Positions 9,135 to 19,151 of a stretch of 64,000 bases of DNA are shown here, piece by piece. Both the position numbers and the translations under genes were made by a program. The stretch lies in the NCBI RefSeq assembly GCF_003991155.1, contig NZ_CP031293.1; one strand, given 5' to 3'. The notes under the pieces were generated by a model. It was not told where the DNA came from and made no database searches. It saw only the letters and a program-made list of their open reading frames with translations. This stretch comes from Escherichia coli. GTDB lineage: Bacteria > Pseudomonadota > Gammaproteobacteria > Enterobacterales > Enterobacteriaceae. Every line of letters begins with the position of its first letter. Position 1 is the stretch's first letter.

Positions 9135-9953
9135 TCAGCGCAGGCTCTCCAGTAGCGTTTCTGCCATCACCCACAATGCGCGATTGAGCTTAATGTCGGT
9201 GTCGATGCTGTGAATGGCACGGGTGTGGATACGTTTTCCTCTGGCACTGCGACCGGAAATTCCGCCTTTCAGCATATTCTCCTGGATGGTCTGATAAGTA
9301 CTCCACAGGTCCTTACCGTAATCCTCCCGGCGTCGTGGCGTCAGAATGTCGGTAGTGGTGACGGGCTGATGTTCATCACCATAACGGTAAGTCAGCGCCG
9401 CCTGTGCCAGCGCCTGGCGTGCCGGTGGCGGCAGGACCAGCGACTGCATGGCATCACGCTTTTCCTCAATCCGGTCAAACACGCCCACCACTTCGTAAGC
9501 ACCTTCTATGACCCTGTCCACCACGTTTCCCCGGTGTGGCACCCGGACTTCTCCCAGCGACTGACCGCAGACCAGGCCATTGGTACAAATGGCACGAAAA
9601 TATCCGGGTAACATCTGGTAGCTGGATGAACCGTCATGGGAGTTGAGCAGAATAATTTCAGGCACATGCTGACCGGTTATCTGTCCGGCCCGCCGCAGAC
9701 GCAGCATATGTTTGGTATATTCCCGGCGGCTCTGGTCGCGCACACGGGTCTGGCAGGCGAAGAACGGCTGAAAGCCTTCCCGCTGCAGATTTTCCAGGAC
9801 GGTGATGGTGGGAATGTACGCATACCGTTCACTGCGGGAGGTGTGCCGGTCTTCTCCAAAAATACTCGGGACGTGGTACATCAGTTCTTCGCGTGTCAGT
9901 GGGCGCTCCCGACGGATCTGATTTACATGACCAAAACGACTGGCTAATTGCAT
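9135..9953 (-). CDS. DUF932-family protein (YfjQ/YafZ-like)
   Basis: 272 aa starting MQLASRFGHVNQIRRERPLTREELMYHVPSIFGEDRHTSRSERYAYIPT..., characteristic of YafZ/YfjQ. Confidence 0.85.
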   Translation of the reverse strand: MQLASRFGHVNQIRRERPLTREELMYHVPSIFGEDRHTSRSERYAYIPTITVLENLQREGFQPFFACQTRVRDQSRREYTKHMLRLRRAGQITGQHVPEIILLNSHDGSSSYQMLPGYFRAICTNGLVCGQSLGEVRVPHRGNVVDRVIEGAYEVVGVFDRIEEKRDAMQSLVLPPPARQALAQAALTYRYGDEHQPVTTTDILTPRRREDYGKDLWSTYQTIQENMLKGGISGRSARGKRIHTRAIHSIDTDIKLNRALWVMAETLLESLR

Positions 9954-9987
9954 ACTTTGCTCCTTATGAATGAATTAGCGGTATAAA

Positions 9988-10021
9988 CGAAAAGGCCGCG
10001 TCTCCCGGAGAAGACGCGGCC
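9988..10021 (-). terminator. Rho-independent terminator
   Basis: On the minus strand, the stem ggccgcgtct/agacgcggcc is followed by TTTTCGTTTAT. It has the same ATAAACGAAAA context as the terminator at 5901-5930. Confidence 0.7.
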
Positions 10022-10042
10022 TGATGGATGAAATGAAGACGT

Positions 10043-10276
10043 TTATTGCCTGAGAATTCCCTCACTGGCGAGGTACGAATTTAGCTGTTTTCCGGCGTCA
10101 GACTCAAAATTCCAGCACCGCCAGCGTAGTTGCCCTTCGGCATTGCGGATAACCAGCAGGAAATGCGTTCCATGGTCATCTTCAATAAGCACATTGCGGT
10201 AAGCTGTTGTGGCAGCCATTGCCTGTTTGCGTGAGAAAGGGCCTTCGGGCAATAAAACAGGGTGACAGTCCGACAT
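10043..10276 (-). CDS. Small DUF905-like island protein (YkfF-like)
   Basis: 77-aa ORF in the conserved position of CP4-type remnants. The family assignment is from memory. Confidence 0.6.
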   Translation of the reverse strand: MSDCHPVLLPEGPFSRKQAMAATTAYRNVLIEDDHGTHFLLVIRNAEGQLRWRCWNFESDAGKQLNSYLASEGILRQ

Positions 10277-10281
10277 ACCGG

Positions 10282-10959
10282 CTATTTTCCGATAAATTCA
10301 ACGCTGGCACTGGTGGCATTACCGTCAGCACCAACCGTGACGGTCACTTTGTCGTACGCACGGTCTTCAGGATTGAATACTTCAAACTCAACCTTATTGC
10401 CTTTTACTTCGTAAGAGCCAAAATCAGCGGTTTCTGTTGTTTCCTCGTCATATTCCCGGGCGTATGCCTGCCGGGCAGCCTGCAGGACGGAGTCTTTATT
10501 AATAGTGGTCGTCTGTTTCGGGGAAAAACCGGCAAGTGATGTGACAAATTTCGGACAGACCTTCAGCATATCACCGCGGGTGAATTCCATTCGTACACCA
10601 AATGCCTGTAAAACGGACACATCACGCTCTGCTATGGAGTGAACGGCTTTTTTGACCATTTCCGGCGCCTGTCCGATTTCCACCTCAACAGCCCTGAATC
10701 CCGTCTGCTGATTACACATTTGTGATGTGGGGATCAGGTTACCGTTAATACTGATACGGCTGCCCAGGAGCGTCTGTACGCCATTCGGGCATCCCTGCAT
10801 CAGGCCGGTAATACCAATCGTGCCATTTTTCAGCATTACCAGCGCCTGACCATCTTCCGTCATGGTCTGACACCAGCCGTTTTTGACAGCCCAGTTGCCG
10901 GCGGAGGCGGAGAATGATGCCACAGTGAACAGCAGGGGAAAAAGAGCTCTGGTATTCAT
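10282..10959 (-). CDS. Exported protein of CP4-type islands (YfjS/YafY-like)
   Basis: The start is trimmed to [20 protein letters not shown]|GNW, a type I signal peptide. 225 aa. Confidence 0.6.
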   Translation of the reverse strand: MNTRALFPLLFTVASFSASAGNWAVKNGWCQTMTEDGQALVMLKNGTIGITGLMQGCPNGVQTLLGSRISINGNLIPTSQMCNQQTGFRAVEVEIGQAPEMVKKAVHSIAERDVSVLQAFGVRMEFTRGDMLKVCPKFVTSLAGFSPKQTTTINKDSVLQAARQAYAREYDEETTETADFGSYEVKGNKVEFEVFNPEDRAYDKVTVTVGADGNATSASVEFIGK

Positions 10960-11106
10960 GACTGACCTCTGAAATGAACGTACGGTGTTATTGATAATGA
11001 TGGAAGGTATGCAGTGACTGTTCAGGGAATGACGTAGCCGTATATTTAGTTTTCTGTTCAACATATTGTCTCCATACCTGTCGGGACGGCTTTGGCAGGC
11101 CGGCGA

Positions 11107-11787
11107 TCACAGGTTAAAGGTGTTGATAAGTTTATGGATGAAAGAGAAATGTGGCAGGGCGGAGATAAAACGCTCTTCAGCGACCAGACTGTGGATGTGG
11201 CCTCTCCGTTCAAACCGTTCTGATGTCAGGCTGACTGATTTGATATCTGCCAGAGGAAAGACCTGCAGTTTTCCCTTCTGTAACGCGATCAGATACCAGC
11301 TACCGCTGTAATAAATGAGCCGGCAGGGCTCCAGTGACGGATACCATCGCTCAGTCATCAGAGAGATGTGGATACACTGTCTTATTGCCAGGATGAGTTG
11401 CGAGAAACACTCGGGGAACGTTGCAGTGATATTCGGCGCCGGTAGCCAGATAAGGCAGGGAGAGGGCTCCTGGTTGTCGGTAAGACAGGTTATCAGTCGT
11501 CCGTTCCGGAGCGGAAGTATCCGTGCGATCCCGGTATTCTGTATAAAAGAAAGCATTTCAGGGATCGCACCTGGGCTGCTCTGTCGTCTGAGGCTGTACC
11601 TGCCATTTCTGTACTCTAAATCCAGGTGAACCAGACGCTGATGAAAATCGCGCTGTAAAGTACGTTCTGTAACGCCAAATTCATCTGACAGTGTTTTTAG
11701 TGACAGAGATTCTCCGGCCATCAGTCGGCTGATAATGAGTGATAAGCGAACCGCCAGGCGATCATGCCGGGAACGATTATCAGACAT
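11107..11787 (-). CDS. HTH + WYL-domain transcriptional regulator (YfjR-like)
   Basis: The N-terminal HTH reads SLKTLSDEFGVTERTLQRDF. The C-terminal WYL signature reads YYSGSWYLIAL. Confidence 0.8.
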   Translation of the reverse strand: MSDNRSRHDRLAVRLSLIISRLMAGESLSLKTLSDEFGVTERTLQRDFHQRLVHLDLEYRNGRYSLRRQSSPGAIPEMLSFIQNTGIARILPLRNGRLITCLTDNQEPSPCLIWLPAPNITATFPECFSQLILAIRQCIHISLMTERWYPSLEPCRLIYYSGSWYLIALQKGKLQVFPLADIKSVSLTSERFERRGHIHSLVAEERFISALPHFSFIHKLINTFNL

Positions 11788-11989
11788 AGATGTGCACTCC
11801 GTAAGAAAACATCTTTTATTTCATGATGTTATTATGCCTCATGGTGTTGAAAGGATGTGTCGTATCTGAATAATCAGGAATAAAATGCAGCAGAAAAAAT
11901 ATTCCTTTAATTATCTGATTTTTAATGATGATTTCATAAAAAGAAGAATACTCATTAATCCAGCGACACATCCTGTCGGCGTGAGTGTG

Positions 11990-12874
11990 TCAGAACAGAC
12001 GATCCCACAGTGTTTCCAGCAGGCGGATAATGCGGTCCCGGGCTTTACGCAGAAGCTGTAACATCCAGACCGGAAAAGTGAACCGGGCAACGGCGTCGTC
12101 AAAACTTTTCCCGATGGCGTCACCAAAAGTCTGTTGTGCGTGTTTCTGGGCCTGTTCAGAGCGGTTTTCCCCCCGGATATGTGAATAAACCGCACTGGTT
12201 GCCTGCGGTGGCAGGGCGTGGATCATCAGCGACACAAACGCCGGAAGATTCCAGCCGACAGGCGCAGCAACGGGGAGTACCGGAAATGATGACGGGAACA
12301 GGGTTGCCACCCTGGCTGTAACAGTTGCCAGTGAGAGTTCCTGGTGACGGGATGGGCATTTTTCTGTGGCATTCCATTCTTCAGCAGGAAACACGCGATC
12401 GGCATGGCTGAGAACAAACAGAAAACGCGAGGGATCTGCACCTTCATTCAGTAAAAACTGATGCATGGCAATATCGGCAGCATACGCACGTTCATCAGCC
12501 CGCAGGATCCAGATAATCAGATCCAGTTCCGGCAGTAACTGACGGTAAAGCTCCCGGTATTCCTGATCATGCTGCGGTGTCTCACCAATGCCGGGCAGAT
12601 CGACCAGCGTCATTCTGCGTTCACCAATCTGCAGGGTGAGGCGATGAGCCTGGCGGGTGCAGCCGTTCAGGGGATGCGTGGCGCAGATACGGGACTGAAA
12701 AATGGCATTACACAGACTGCTTTTGCCGGAGCCGGATTTACCCATAATGCCAATCACGGGCTCGTAATGAATAACACCGTGGAGATGTTCAAGGATTTTC
12801 TGGCGAATTTCTTCAGGAAGAAACGTCAGATATGATTTCACTTGCGCGGAGAGGGAAGAATTGCTGAATGGCAT
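11990..12874 (-). CDS. YeeP/YfjP/YkfA-family GTPase
   Basis: P-loop GKSGSGKSSLCNAIF and G3 motif LVDLPGIGE. 294 aa. Confidence 0.85.
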   Translation of the reverse strand: MPFSNSSLSAQVKSYLTFLPEEIRQKILEHLHGVIHYEPVIGIMGKSGSGKSSLCNAIFQSRICATHPLNGCTRQAHRLTLQIGERRMTLVDLPGIGETPQHDQEYRELYRQLLPELDLIIWILRADERAYAADIAMHQFLLNEGADPSRFLFVLSHADRVFPAEEWNATEKCPSRHQELSLATVTARVATLFPSSFPVLPVAAPVGWNLPAFVSLMIHALPPQATSAVYSHIRGENRSEQAQKHAQQTFGDAIGKSFDDAVARFTFPVWMLQLLRKARDRIIRLLETLWDRLF

Positions 12875-12974
12875 ACCGGTATCCTGTTGATTTCACTGAA
12901 CCGGATCACACTAATCCGGTTTATCATTCAGGTAATATGGGTGTGAAAATTTTTCCATTGACGGGAAGAAGAGT

Positions 12975-14198
12975 ATGGCTAAAAACAAAGGTATCTGTCG
13001 GAATAAAAAATGCAGTAATCCTGTTTCAGAATTTGATGAGGCAAATGCCTTAAGGTTATGCGATGATCATTATAAGCTATGGAAGCGAAATAAAGAGAAT
13101 CGTCGGGTCAGGAATATTTGTCGTATAATTAGTAGATATGACAAAAGTCTGGACTGGGAGATATTTTATAGAGTAAGAGATGCTGCAAAAAATAAAACGG
13201 GAAAGAGAATTATTGAGGACGCAAAAATATTACATCAATGGCGTGCTTCAAAGCAAGTAAGAAAAAGTTTTCACAAGGGTGTGCTTCGGTCACGGGAATG
13301 GCTTAATACACAGGAGTTACTGAGCAGAAAACATATATCTGTTACAGGTGAACTATTTAAATTTTACATAAAAGATATTATCAGATTATATTGCTATAAG
13401 TTTCTCTACAGCAGAGAATATCTTAATGAAAACGCATACAAAAAACGATATCAGAGAGATATTCACCCCAGAAAAGTTAATGTTCCGATACTGCAACTTG
13501 AAGTTGCATGGATAAATAATAATTGCCGCTCAAGTGATTCAAGCACTGATATTATTATCCTTCCGAGGATGATAAGAAGAATGGTTGTATTTAATTATAC
13601 GAAGATAAATAAACAATTAGAGAAAGTGTTGGGGGGGATAGCACGAAAACAAACCTCAGAAAGGAATAAAGGCGGTCTCTATACCAGAATAAAAAAAGAA
13701 AGTGACTTTCTTTCTATGGATAGATTTATGGTGGAAATAGAAAATATCATAAGACCTGAAAGGTTTCCTACATCAATTTATCCAGTCTTTTCACATTCAT
13801 TTATTGAACGAGAGCTTCCGCTACTGAATCTTGCCCGATCACAGTATAAAAGAGCAATAAGTAAAAGAGTGGCGAATTCAATTTTTTATACTTTGCAAAA
13901 AACTAACGTGGCATTATGGCTATATCTTGAAATGTTTGCTCTGGTGGCATTCATTAAACTGTATACAGGAAAAGGTTTTGAATTCATAAAGAACATGTGT
14001 GTATTTATCGATTATGAGAAAGGGATAATAAAATCCACACATGAAGAACTGCTGGGTGAAATTAAGCGTAACATTCAAGTGAATTTGAAGGTGAATCCTG
14101 ATAATTTTCCAGAGTTAATAGACATATACAATTCATGCTTTAGTGAAAATATATTGTCATATGATATTCAGGATGGTAATTTTAAATGGCGCTCATGA
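12975..14198 (+). CDS. Hypothetical 407-aa Lys/Arg-rich protein with an N-terminal Cys/His cluster
   Basis: A long ORF in a visibly AT-rich segment, with a GGAAGAAGAG Shine-Dalgarno before the ATG. The N-terminus reads CRNKKC-x17-CDDH, which is zinc-ribbon-like. I recognise no family. Confidence 0.6.
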   Translation: MAKNKGICRNKKCSNPVSEFDEANALRLCDDHYKLWKRNKENRRVRNICRIISRYDKSLDWEIFYRVRDAAKNKTGKRIIEDAKILHQWRASKQVRKSFHKGVLRSREWLNTQELLSRKHISVTGELFKFYIKDIIRLYCYKFLYSREYLNENAYKKRYQRDIHPRKVNVPILQLEVAWINNNCRSSDSSTDIIILPRMIRRMVVFNYTKINKQLEKVLGGIARKQTSERNKGGLYTRIKKESDFLSMDRFMVEIENIIRPERFPTSIYPVFSHSFIERELPLLNLARSQYKRAISKRVANSIFYTLQKTNVALWLYLEMFALVAFIKLYTGKGFEFIKNMCVFIDYEKGIIKSTHEELLGEIKRNIQVNLKVNPDNFPELIDIYNSCFSENILSYDIQDGNFKWRS

Positions 14199-15434
14199 TG
14201 TAAAAATATTAATTTCACATTACATATTAATTATTCACAAAAAACATATAATTAATTTCAATGAGTTACATATAAAAATGTTGATGATTAGCCAGCTTAG
14301 TATGGTTATGCAATGTGATGCTTAACGCTTACAGATAATAACACATTCATATGAGCTATATATCATAATATTCAATAATCATGATATGCTAATCTGATTA
14401 TGGATAAAAATTACTGAATGACGCCATATTATGATTGGCAGTGTTTCCTGTATACGATGACTTATCTCTCCCGCATCATATGGGGGCACGTTTCTTAGGA
14501 AAAGTGACGGGGTTACAGAAGCCAATTACGATAGTTTGTTGTAGAGTTATCACGAGTTTTTGTTGTTCTGAAGACGGAATCAAAAAAATAATTCCAGAGT
14601 AAACCTGTCTGTTTTTTGACCAGTAAAGATCCATGCTGGCCGTGAAAAACTGAAATCAACACTCAGTCTGCATGGATGTCTGAAGATATTGAGAATGTCG
14701 GGAATGGTACTATATACGTATTATACAGACATATCTTCACTAAGTGTTATACACGCATTTTCATAAACAATTCTACAAGTGTTTTCATTAAGCATTGCTG
14801 TACACATTGTTTGATCTGATACACATCCAGTTTAGTAAATCTTTACGTTAGCTAAAATCAGTTTAAAGCTGCTACAAAACAATTTTTCTTGTTTAAGTAA
14901 TCAGGATGATATTCTATTTTTCTGAAGTTACGTTTAACCTTTTCTTAGTTTTTGTGTTTTTAGTCGTTAACCTGAGACAAGTGTCTTTATGTAAAAACGC
15001 AAATCCGGCTGAGATAACCTGGCGTGATTTACTGTGTGCTTACGATGATTTTGTTAAATGGTTTTATGGATGATTTTGTAACGATGAGATTGATGAGATG
15101 ATTAACTGGCCCTGGTGTTTTTTCTCAGCGCAAGACTCTTTTCAGGAAAAGCGTGATGATTGGTTCTGGTGTTTTGATTCAGATGAGGTTTACGTTATCG
15201 ATGGTTAACCGTTTTTATGGAGCGTAGTTAAAAGTAACGTTTTCAGTATAAGAAAATCGATTCTGATGTTGGTGGTTTTTGTTCTTGGGGCGGGGGTGTC
15301 TGTAAACAGGTTTTAATCGCGCTGTTCGGCTCTGTGATTGAGTTGTGTGGTTAAGCTGTAGGTGTGGTGTGATCTTACACAGCAATAGTGGACACGCGGC
15401 TAAGTGAGTAAACTCTCAGTCAGAGGTGACTCAC

Positions 15435-15734
15435 ATGACAAAAACAGTATCAACCAGTAAAAAACCCCGTAAACAGCATTCGCCTGAATTTCGCAGTGAA
15501 GCCCTGAAGCTTGCTGAACGCATCGGTGTTACTGCCGCAGCCCGTGAACTCAGCCTGTATGAATCACAGCTCTACAACTGGCGCAGTAAACAGCAAAATC
15601 AGCAGACGTCTTCTGAACGTGAACTGGAGATGTCTACCGAGATTGCACGTCTCAAACGCCAGCTGGCAGAACGGGATGAAGAGCTGGCTATCCTCCAAAA
15701 GGCCGCGACATACTTCGCGAAGCGCCTGAAATGA
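15435..15734 (+). CDS. insE: IS3 OrfA (transposase HTH component)
   Basis: Reads [52 protein letters not shown]... It overlaps orfB in the -1 frame, the usual frameshift arrangement. Confidence 0.9.
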   Translation: MTKTVSTSKKPRKQHSPEFRSEALKLAERIGVTAAARELSLYESQLYNWRSKQQNQQTSSERELEMSTEIARLKRQLAERDEELAILQKAATYFAKRLK

Positions 15735-16597
15735 AGTATGTCTTTATTGAAAAACATCAGGCTGAGTTCAGCATCAAAGCAATGTGCCGCGTGCTCCGGG
15801 TGGCCCGCAGCGGCTGGTATACGTGGTGTCAGCGGCGGACAAGGATAAGCACGCGTCAGCAGTTCCGCCAACACTGCGACAGCGTTGTCCTCGCGGCTTT
15901 TACCCGGTCAAAACAGCGTTACGGTGCCCCACGCCTGACGGATGAACTGCGTGCTCAGGGTTACCCCTTTAACGTAAAAACCGTGGCGGCAAGCCTGCGC
16001 CGTCAGGGACTGAGGGCAAAGGCCTCCCGGAAGTTCAGCCCGGTCAGCTACCGCGCACACGGCCTGCCTGTGTCAGAAAATCTGTTGGAGCAGGATTTTT
16101 ACGCCAGTGGCCCGAACCAGAAGTGGGCAGGAGACATCACGTACTTACGTACAGATGAAGGCTGGCTGTATCTGGCAGTGGTCATTGACCTGTGGTCACG
16201 TGCCGTTATTGGCTGGTCAATGTCGCCACGCATGACGGCGCAACTGGCCTGCGATGCCCTGCAGATGGCGCTGTGGCGGCGTAAGAGGCCCCGGAACGTT
16301 ATCGTTCACACGGACCGTGGAGGCCAGTACTGTTCAGCAGATTATCAGGCGCAACTGAAGCGGCATAATCTGCGTGGAAGTATGAGCGCAAAAGGTTGCT
16401 GCTACGATAATGCCTGCGTGGAAAGCTTCTTTCATTCGCTGAAAGTGGAATGTATCCATGGAGAACACTTTATCAGCCGGGAAATAATGCGGGTAACGGT
16501 GTTTAATTATATCGAATGTGATTACAATCGGTGGCGGCGGCACAGTTGGTGTGGCGGCCTCAGTCCGGAACAATTTGAAAACAAGAACCTCGCTTAG
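15731..16597 (+). CDS. insF: IS3 OrfB (DDE transposase)
   Basis: 288 aa with the integrase core [33 protein letters not shown]...HTDRGGQY. Confidence 0.9.
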   Translation: MKYVFIEKHQAEFSIKAMCRVLRVARSGWYTWCQRRTRISTRQQFRQHCDSVVLAAFTRSKQRYGAPRLTDELRAQGYPFNVKTVAASLRRQGLRAKASRKFSPVSYRAHGLPVSENLLEQDFYASGPNQKWAGDITYLRTDEGWLYLAVVIDLWSRAVIGWSMSPRMTAQLACDALQMALWRRKRPRNVIVHTDRGGQYCSADYQAQLKRHNLRGSMSAKGCCYDNACVESFFHSLKVECIHGEHFISREIMRVTVFNYIECDYNRWRRHSWCGGLSPEQFENKNLA

Positions 16598-16911
16598 GCC
16601 TGTGTCCATATTACGTGGGTAGGATCAGTGTTGCTGTTGATTTACAGCGCCAGAAAGCGTTCTGATTGCGTTTCTGACGTTTTGTTTGCGCGTTCTGTTG
16701 ATCCGTTTCCCTTCAGGCTTTGTAGTTTTTAAAAAACATTTATGCCGTTGTTGTGTGTTTTACTCTGCGTGTAGGTTTATTTTTTCTTCGTGGGGGATTC
16801 ATTCTGTTTTAATCAGGAGCCATTGGCGTTGCTCAATGGCGGGATGCCGTAAAGTTTTACCGCAGTGATTAATGATGTGAAGTCAATCCAAATCAACGGA
16901 GATCTCTCATC

Positions 16912-17643
16912 ATGAATCAACCAATACACAATGCTTACTGGTTATCCCGTTTTGAAAGTATTCTCAACAGTGCCCTGGCGCAACACCGTGCCGTCTCGTT
17001 AATCCGGGTGGATTTACGTTTCCCTGAGTATATGCCTGTCACCATCATGGATCCCGATCCGGATTCAGCGGTGATTTCCCGTTTTTTCGCATCCCTGAAA
17101 GCCAAAATTCAGGCTTACCAGCGGAAAAAAAGATGGGCCAATCAGCGTGTGCATGCAACCAGCCTGCGTTATTTCTGGTGCCGGGAGTTCGGCAAGATGT
17201 ATGGCAGGAAACATTATCACGTGATATTACTGCTCAACAAAGATACCTGGTGCTCGCTCGGGGATTTCAGCGAACCGTCTTCGCTGGCGACGATGATCCA
17301 GGAGGCATGGTGCAGCGCCCTGCATCTTGAGCCCTGGCAAGGCGATGGCCTGGTCCATTTTTCCAGGTGGACGCCTTCCCGTAAACCGACATCGTCTGAT
17401 GCTCGCCCTTCTTCCGATGACACGCCTTTGTCGGGTGGATGTTCTGATACCAGGAAGGCTTCAGACAAAAAGCCAGGTGAAGCCGCTGTGCTCTGGATCA
17501 AGCGTGGTGATGTGGAAGCGCTGCAGAAAGCCCGGAACAGAGCCAGTTATCTCGTGAAATATGAGACGAAGCAGCATGACGGTTCCGGGCAACGTAATTA
17601 TGGTTGCAGTCGTGGGCCGGGGCGTCTACTGGATGGCAGGTGA
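16912..17643 (+). CDS. YfjJ/YagK-family protein (inovirus Gp2-like), paralogue 1
   Basis: 243 aa reading ...LIRVDLRFPEY...YFWCREFG...HYHVILLLNKD... It has a GGAG Shine-Dalgarno 10 nt upstream. Confidence 0.7.
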   Translation: MNQPIHNAYWLSRFESILNSALAQHRAVSLIRVDLRFPEYMPVTIMDPDPDSAVISRFFASLKAKIQAYQRKKRWANQRVHATSLRYFWCREFGKMYGRKHYHVILLLNKDTWCSLGDFSEPSSLATMIQEAWCSALHLEPWQGDGLVHFSRWTPSRKPTSSDARPSSDDTPLSGGCSDTRKASDKKPGEAAVLWIKRGDVEALQKARNRASYLVKYETKQHDGSGQRNYGCSRGPGRLLDGR

Positions 17644-18163
17644 ACCCGGTAAAACAGCATCCGGTGCCTGAGCGTATACCACGGTCAGGACGTTGGCTGA
17701 CGCCCTTAGCTCGTTTTCTGATAATCGCCCTGAAGTCATGAAACGGTATTTTTATCTGCTTCCATTCTCATGTTCATATTTCCCCTTACACTTTCACTGT
17801 CTGTCATTGGAAGTACCGATTTATTTTGGTGCTGCTCACTTACTGCCATTCACGGAAGAGGATAGTGGTGAACCGTACGATCCTGACTGCTGGCGAGGGA
17901 AGGTTCAGAACTGGTATGAGGTTTAGTGCTGGAAGATGACTTTGAATCCCGGACTGAGCAGTGAGGGGGCAGTGGGAGGATGCTCTGGTGTAACAGGCCT
18001 GGATTGCAAAATACAAAACCGGTTGTACACTCGTAACGGGCAAAAGGATACGGGCAATAACACGTGGTACCCGGTGAGACAGGATCTTGTATCGCATTAC
18101 CGGGAATATTCTGACAGGTGAAATGTTCTGATAAGAATCATCCTGAGGGAGGATACAACGGAT

Positions 18164-18616
18164 ATGCACGTTATTAACAGCGGCATTCGTGATGTGAAAT
18201 TTGGTGAAAATGTGAAAGTCGTCATGCCAGTAAACCTCTATGAATGTGAACTGGGGGATGATGTTTTTATCGGTCCCTTTGTGGAAATACAGAAGGGATG
18301 CATCATTGGCAAGCGGAGCCGAATTCAGTCCCACAGTTTCATCTGTGAGAACGTCATTTTAGGTGATGGCTGTTTCATCGGTCATGGCGTAACTTTTGCT
18401 AATGATCTTTTTAAGTGTGGTGGTCCCGATGCCTCTGCAGAAAGCTGGATACGTATCGTATTAGGTAACACTGTAACAGTGGGTAGCGGAGCGACTATTT
18501 TAACAACAGAAATTTGCAGTGGAGCAGTGATTGGGGCTGGTAGTGTGGTTACAAAGCCCGTGCTGGTAAAAGGCGTGTATGCCGGTAATCCAGCCAGACT
18601 TTTGAGAACGCTTTAA
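18164..18616 (+). CDS. Left-handed beta-helix (hexapeptide-repeat) acyl/acetyltransferase
   Basis: 150 aa with repeated [LIV]G motifs: IGPFVEIQKGCIIGKRSRIQSHSFICENVILGDGCFIGHGVTF...VGSGATIL...IGAGSVV. A strong GAGGGAGG Shine-Dalgarno is present. Confidence 0.8.
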   Translation: MHVINSGIRDVKFGENVKVVMPVNLYECELGDDVFIGPFVEIQKGCIIGKRSRIQSHSFICENVILGDGCFIGHGVTFANDLFKCGGPDASAESWIRIVLGNTVTVGSGATILTTEICSGAVIGAGSVVTKPVLVKGVYAGNPARLLRTL

Positions 18617-19151
18617 TTATTATATTTACAAATCGTAAGCCAGAATTGACTCCAGACCATTATGTGCCTTATTCACCATGAGTGAAATGCGGGATGAGCC
18701 TGCAAGTTAAGAGGATATCGGAAACCAGCAACCAGGGCAGTGAGAGCGCTGTCGGGGTCATTGATATCTCCGAAGGGAAGCCCTGGTATAAGGTGTTTGC
18801 ATAAAATTATTAAACAGGCTCATTTTTAGCGATCCTCATGAAATTCATCGTAACATCCTGAATATCTTATGGTGTTTCCTGTCATCTCCGGTATTTATTC
18901 CGTTCATGCAAATAACCTGATGAAACAGGGCAACGCCATAAAACCGGATAAGGACAACATGGATTAACGATAAAAATTGTGATCCTGTTTTCATTTTTCA
19001 CTTTTTGATTCTGGACTGGTATTTACATTTCTAAAAACAGGCATAAAGTGAACACATGTTTGATTTTGAATATATGTTCAACTCTATCTGCGTGGTCGAA
19101 TAGAAATACAGATTTATTATTTTTGTGTTTTTAAATGTCAGGAGATGTGCC

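Larger units (their letters stand above)
15370..16627 (+). mobile_element. IS3, complete 1258-bp copy
   Basis: The termini tgatcttacacagcaatagtggac... and ...gtccatattacgtgggtaggatca match the IS3 inverted repeats as I recall them. A 3-bp target duplication gtg lies at 15367-15369 and 16628-16630. Confidence 0.95.

Noticed and set aside
17840-17905. The minus-strand sequence ...gatcgtacggttcaccactatcctcttcc...aatcggtacttcc looked like the domain V/VI end of a group II intron.
   Set aside because: The complementary 5' arm of a domain V hairpin is not present; only 5 bp can pair. There is no reverse-transcriptase ORF nearby and no GUGYG 5' end. The resemblance rests on a 10-mer.
17941-17965. 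ctttgaatcccggactgagc resembles a tRNA T-arm (GGTTCGAATCC), and could be a fossil att site of another island.
   Set aside because: There is no acceptor stem or CCA context and no matching partner repeat in the window, so it cannot be folded into a tRNA end.
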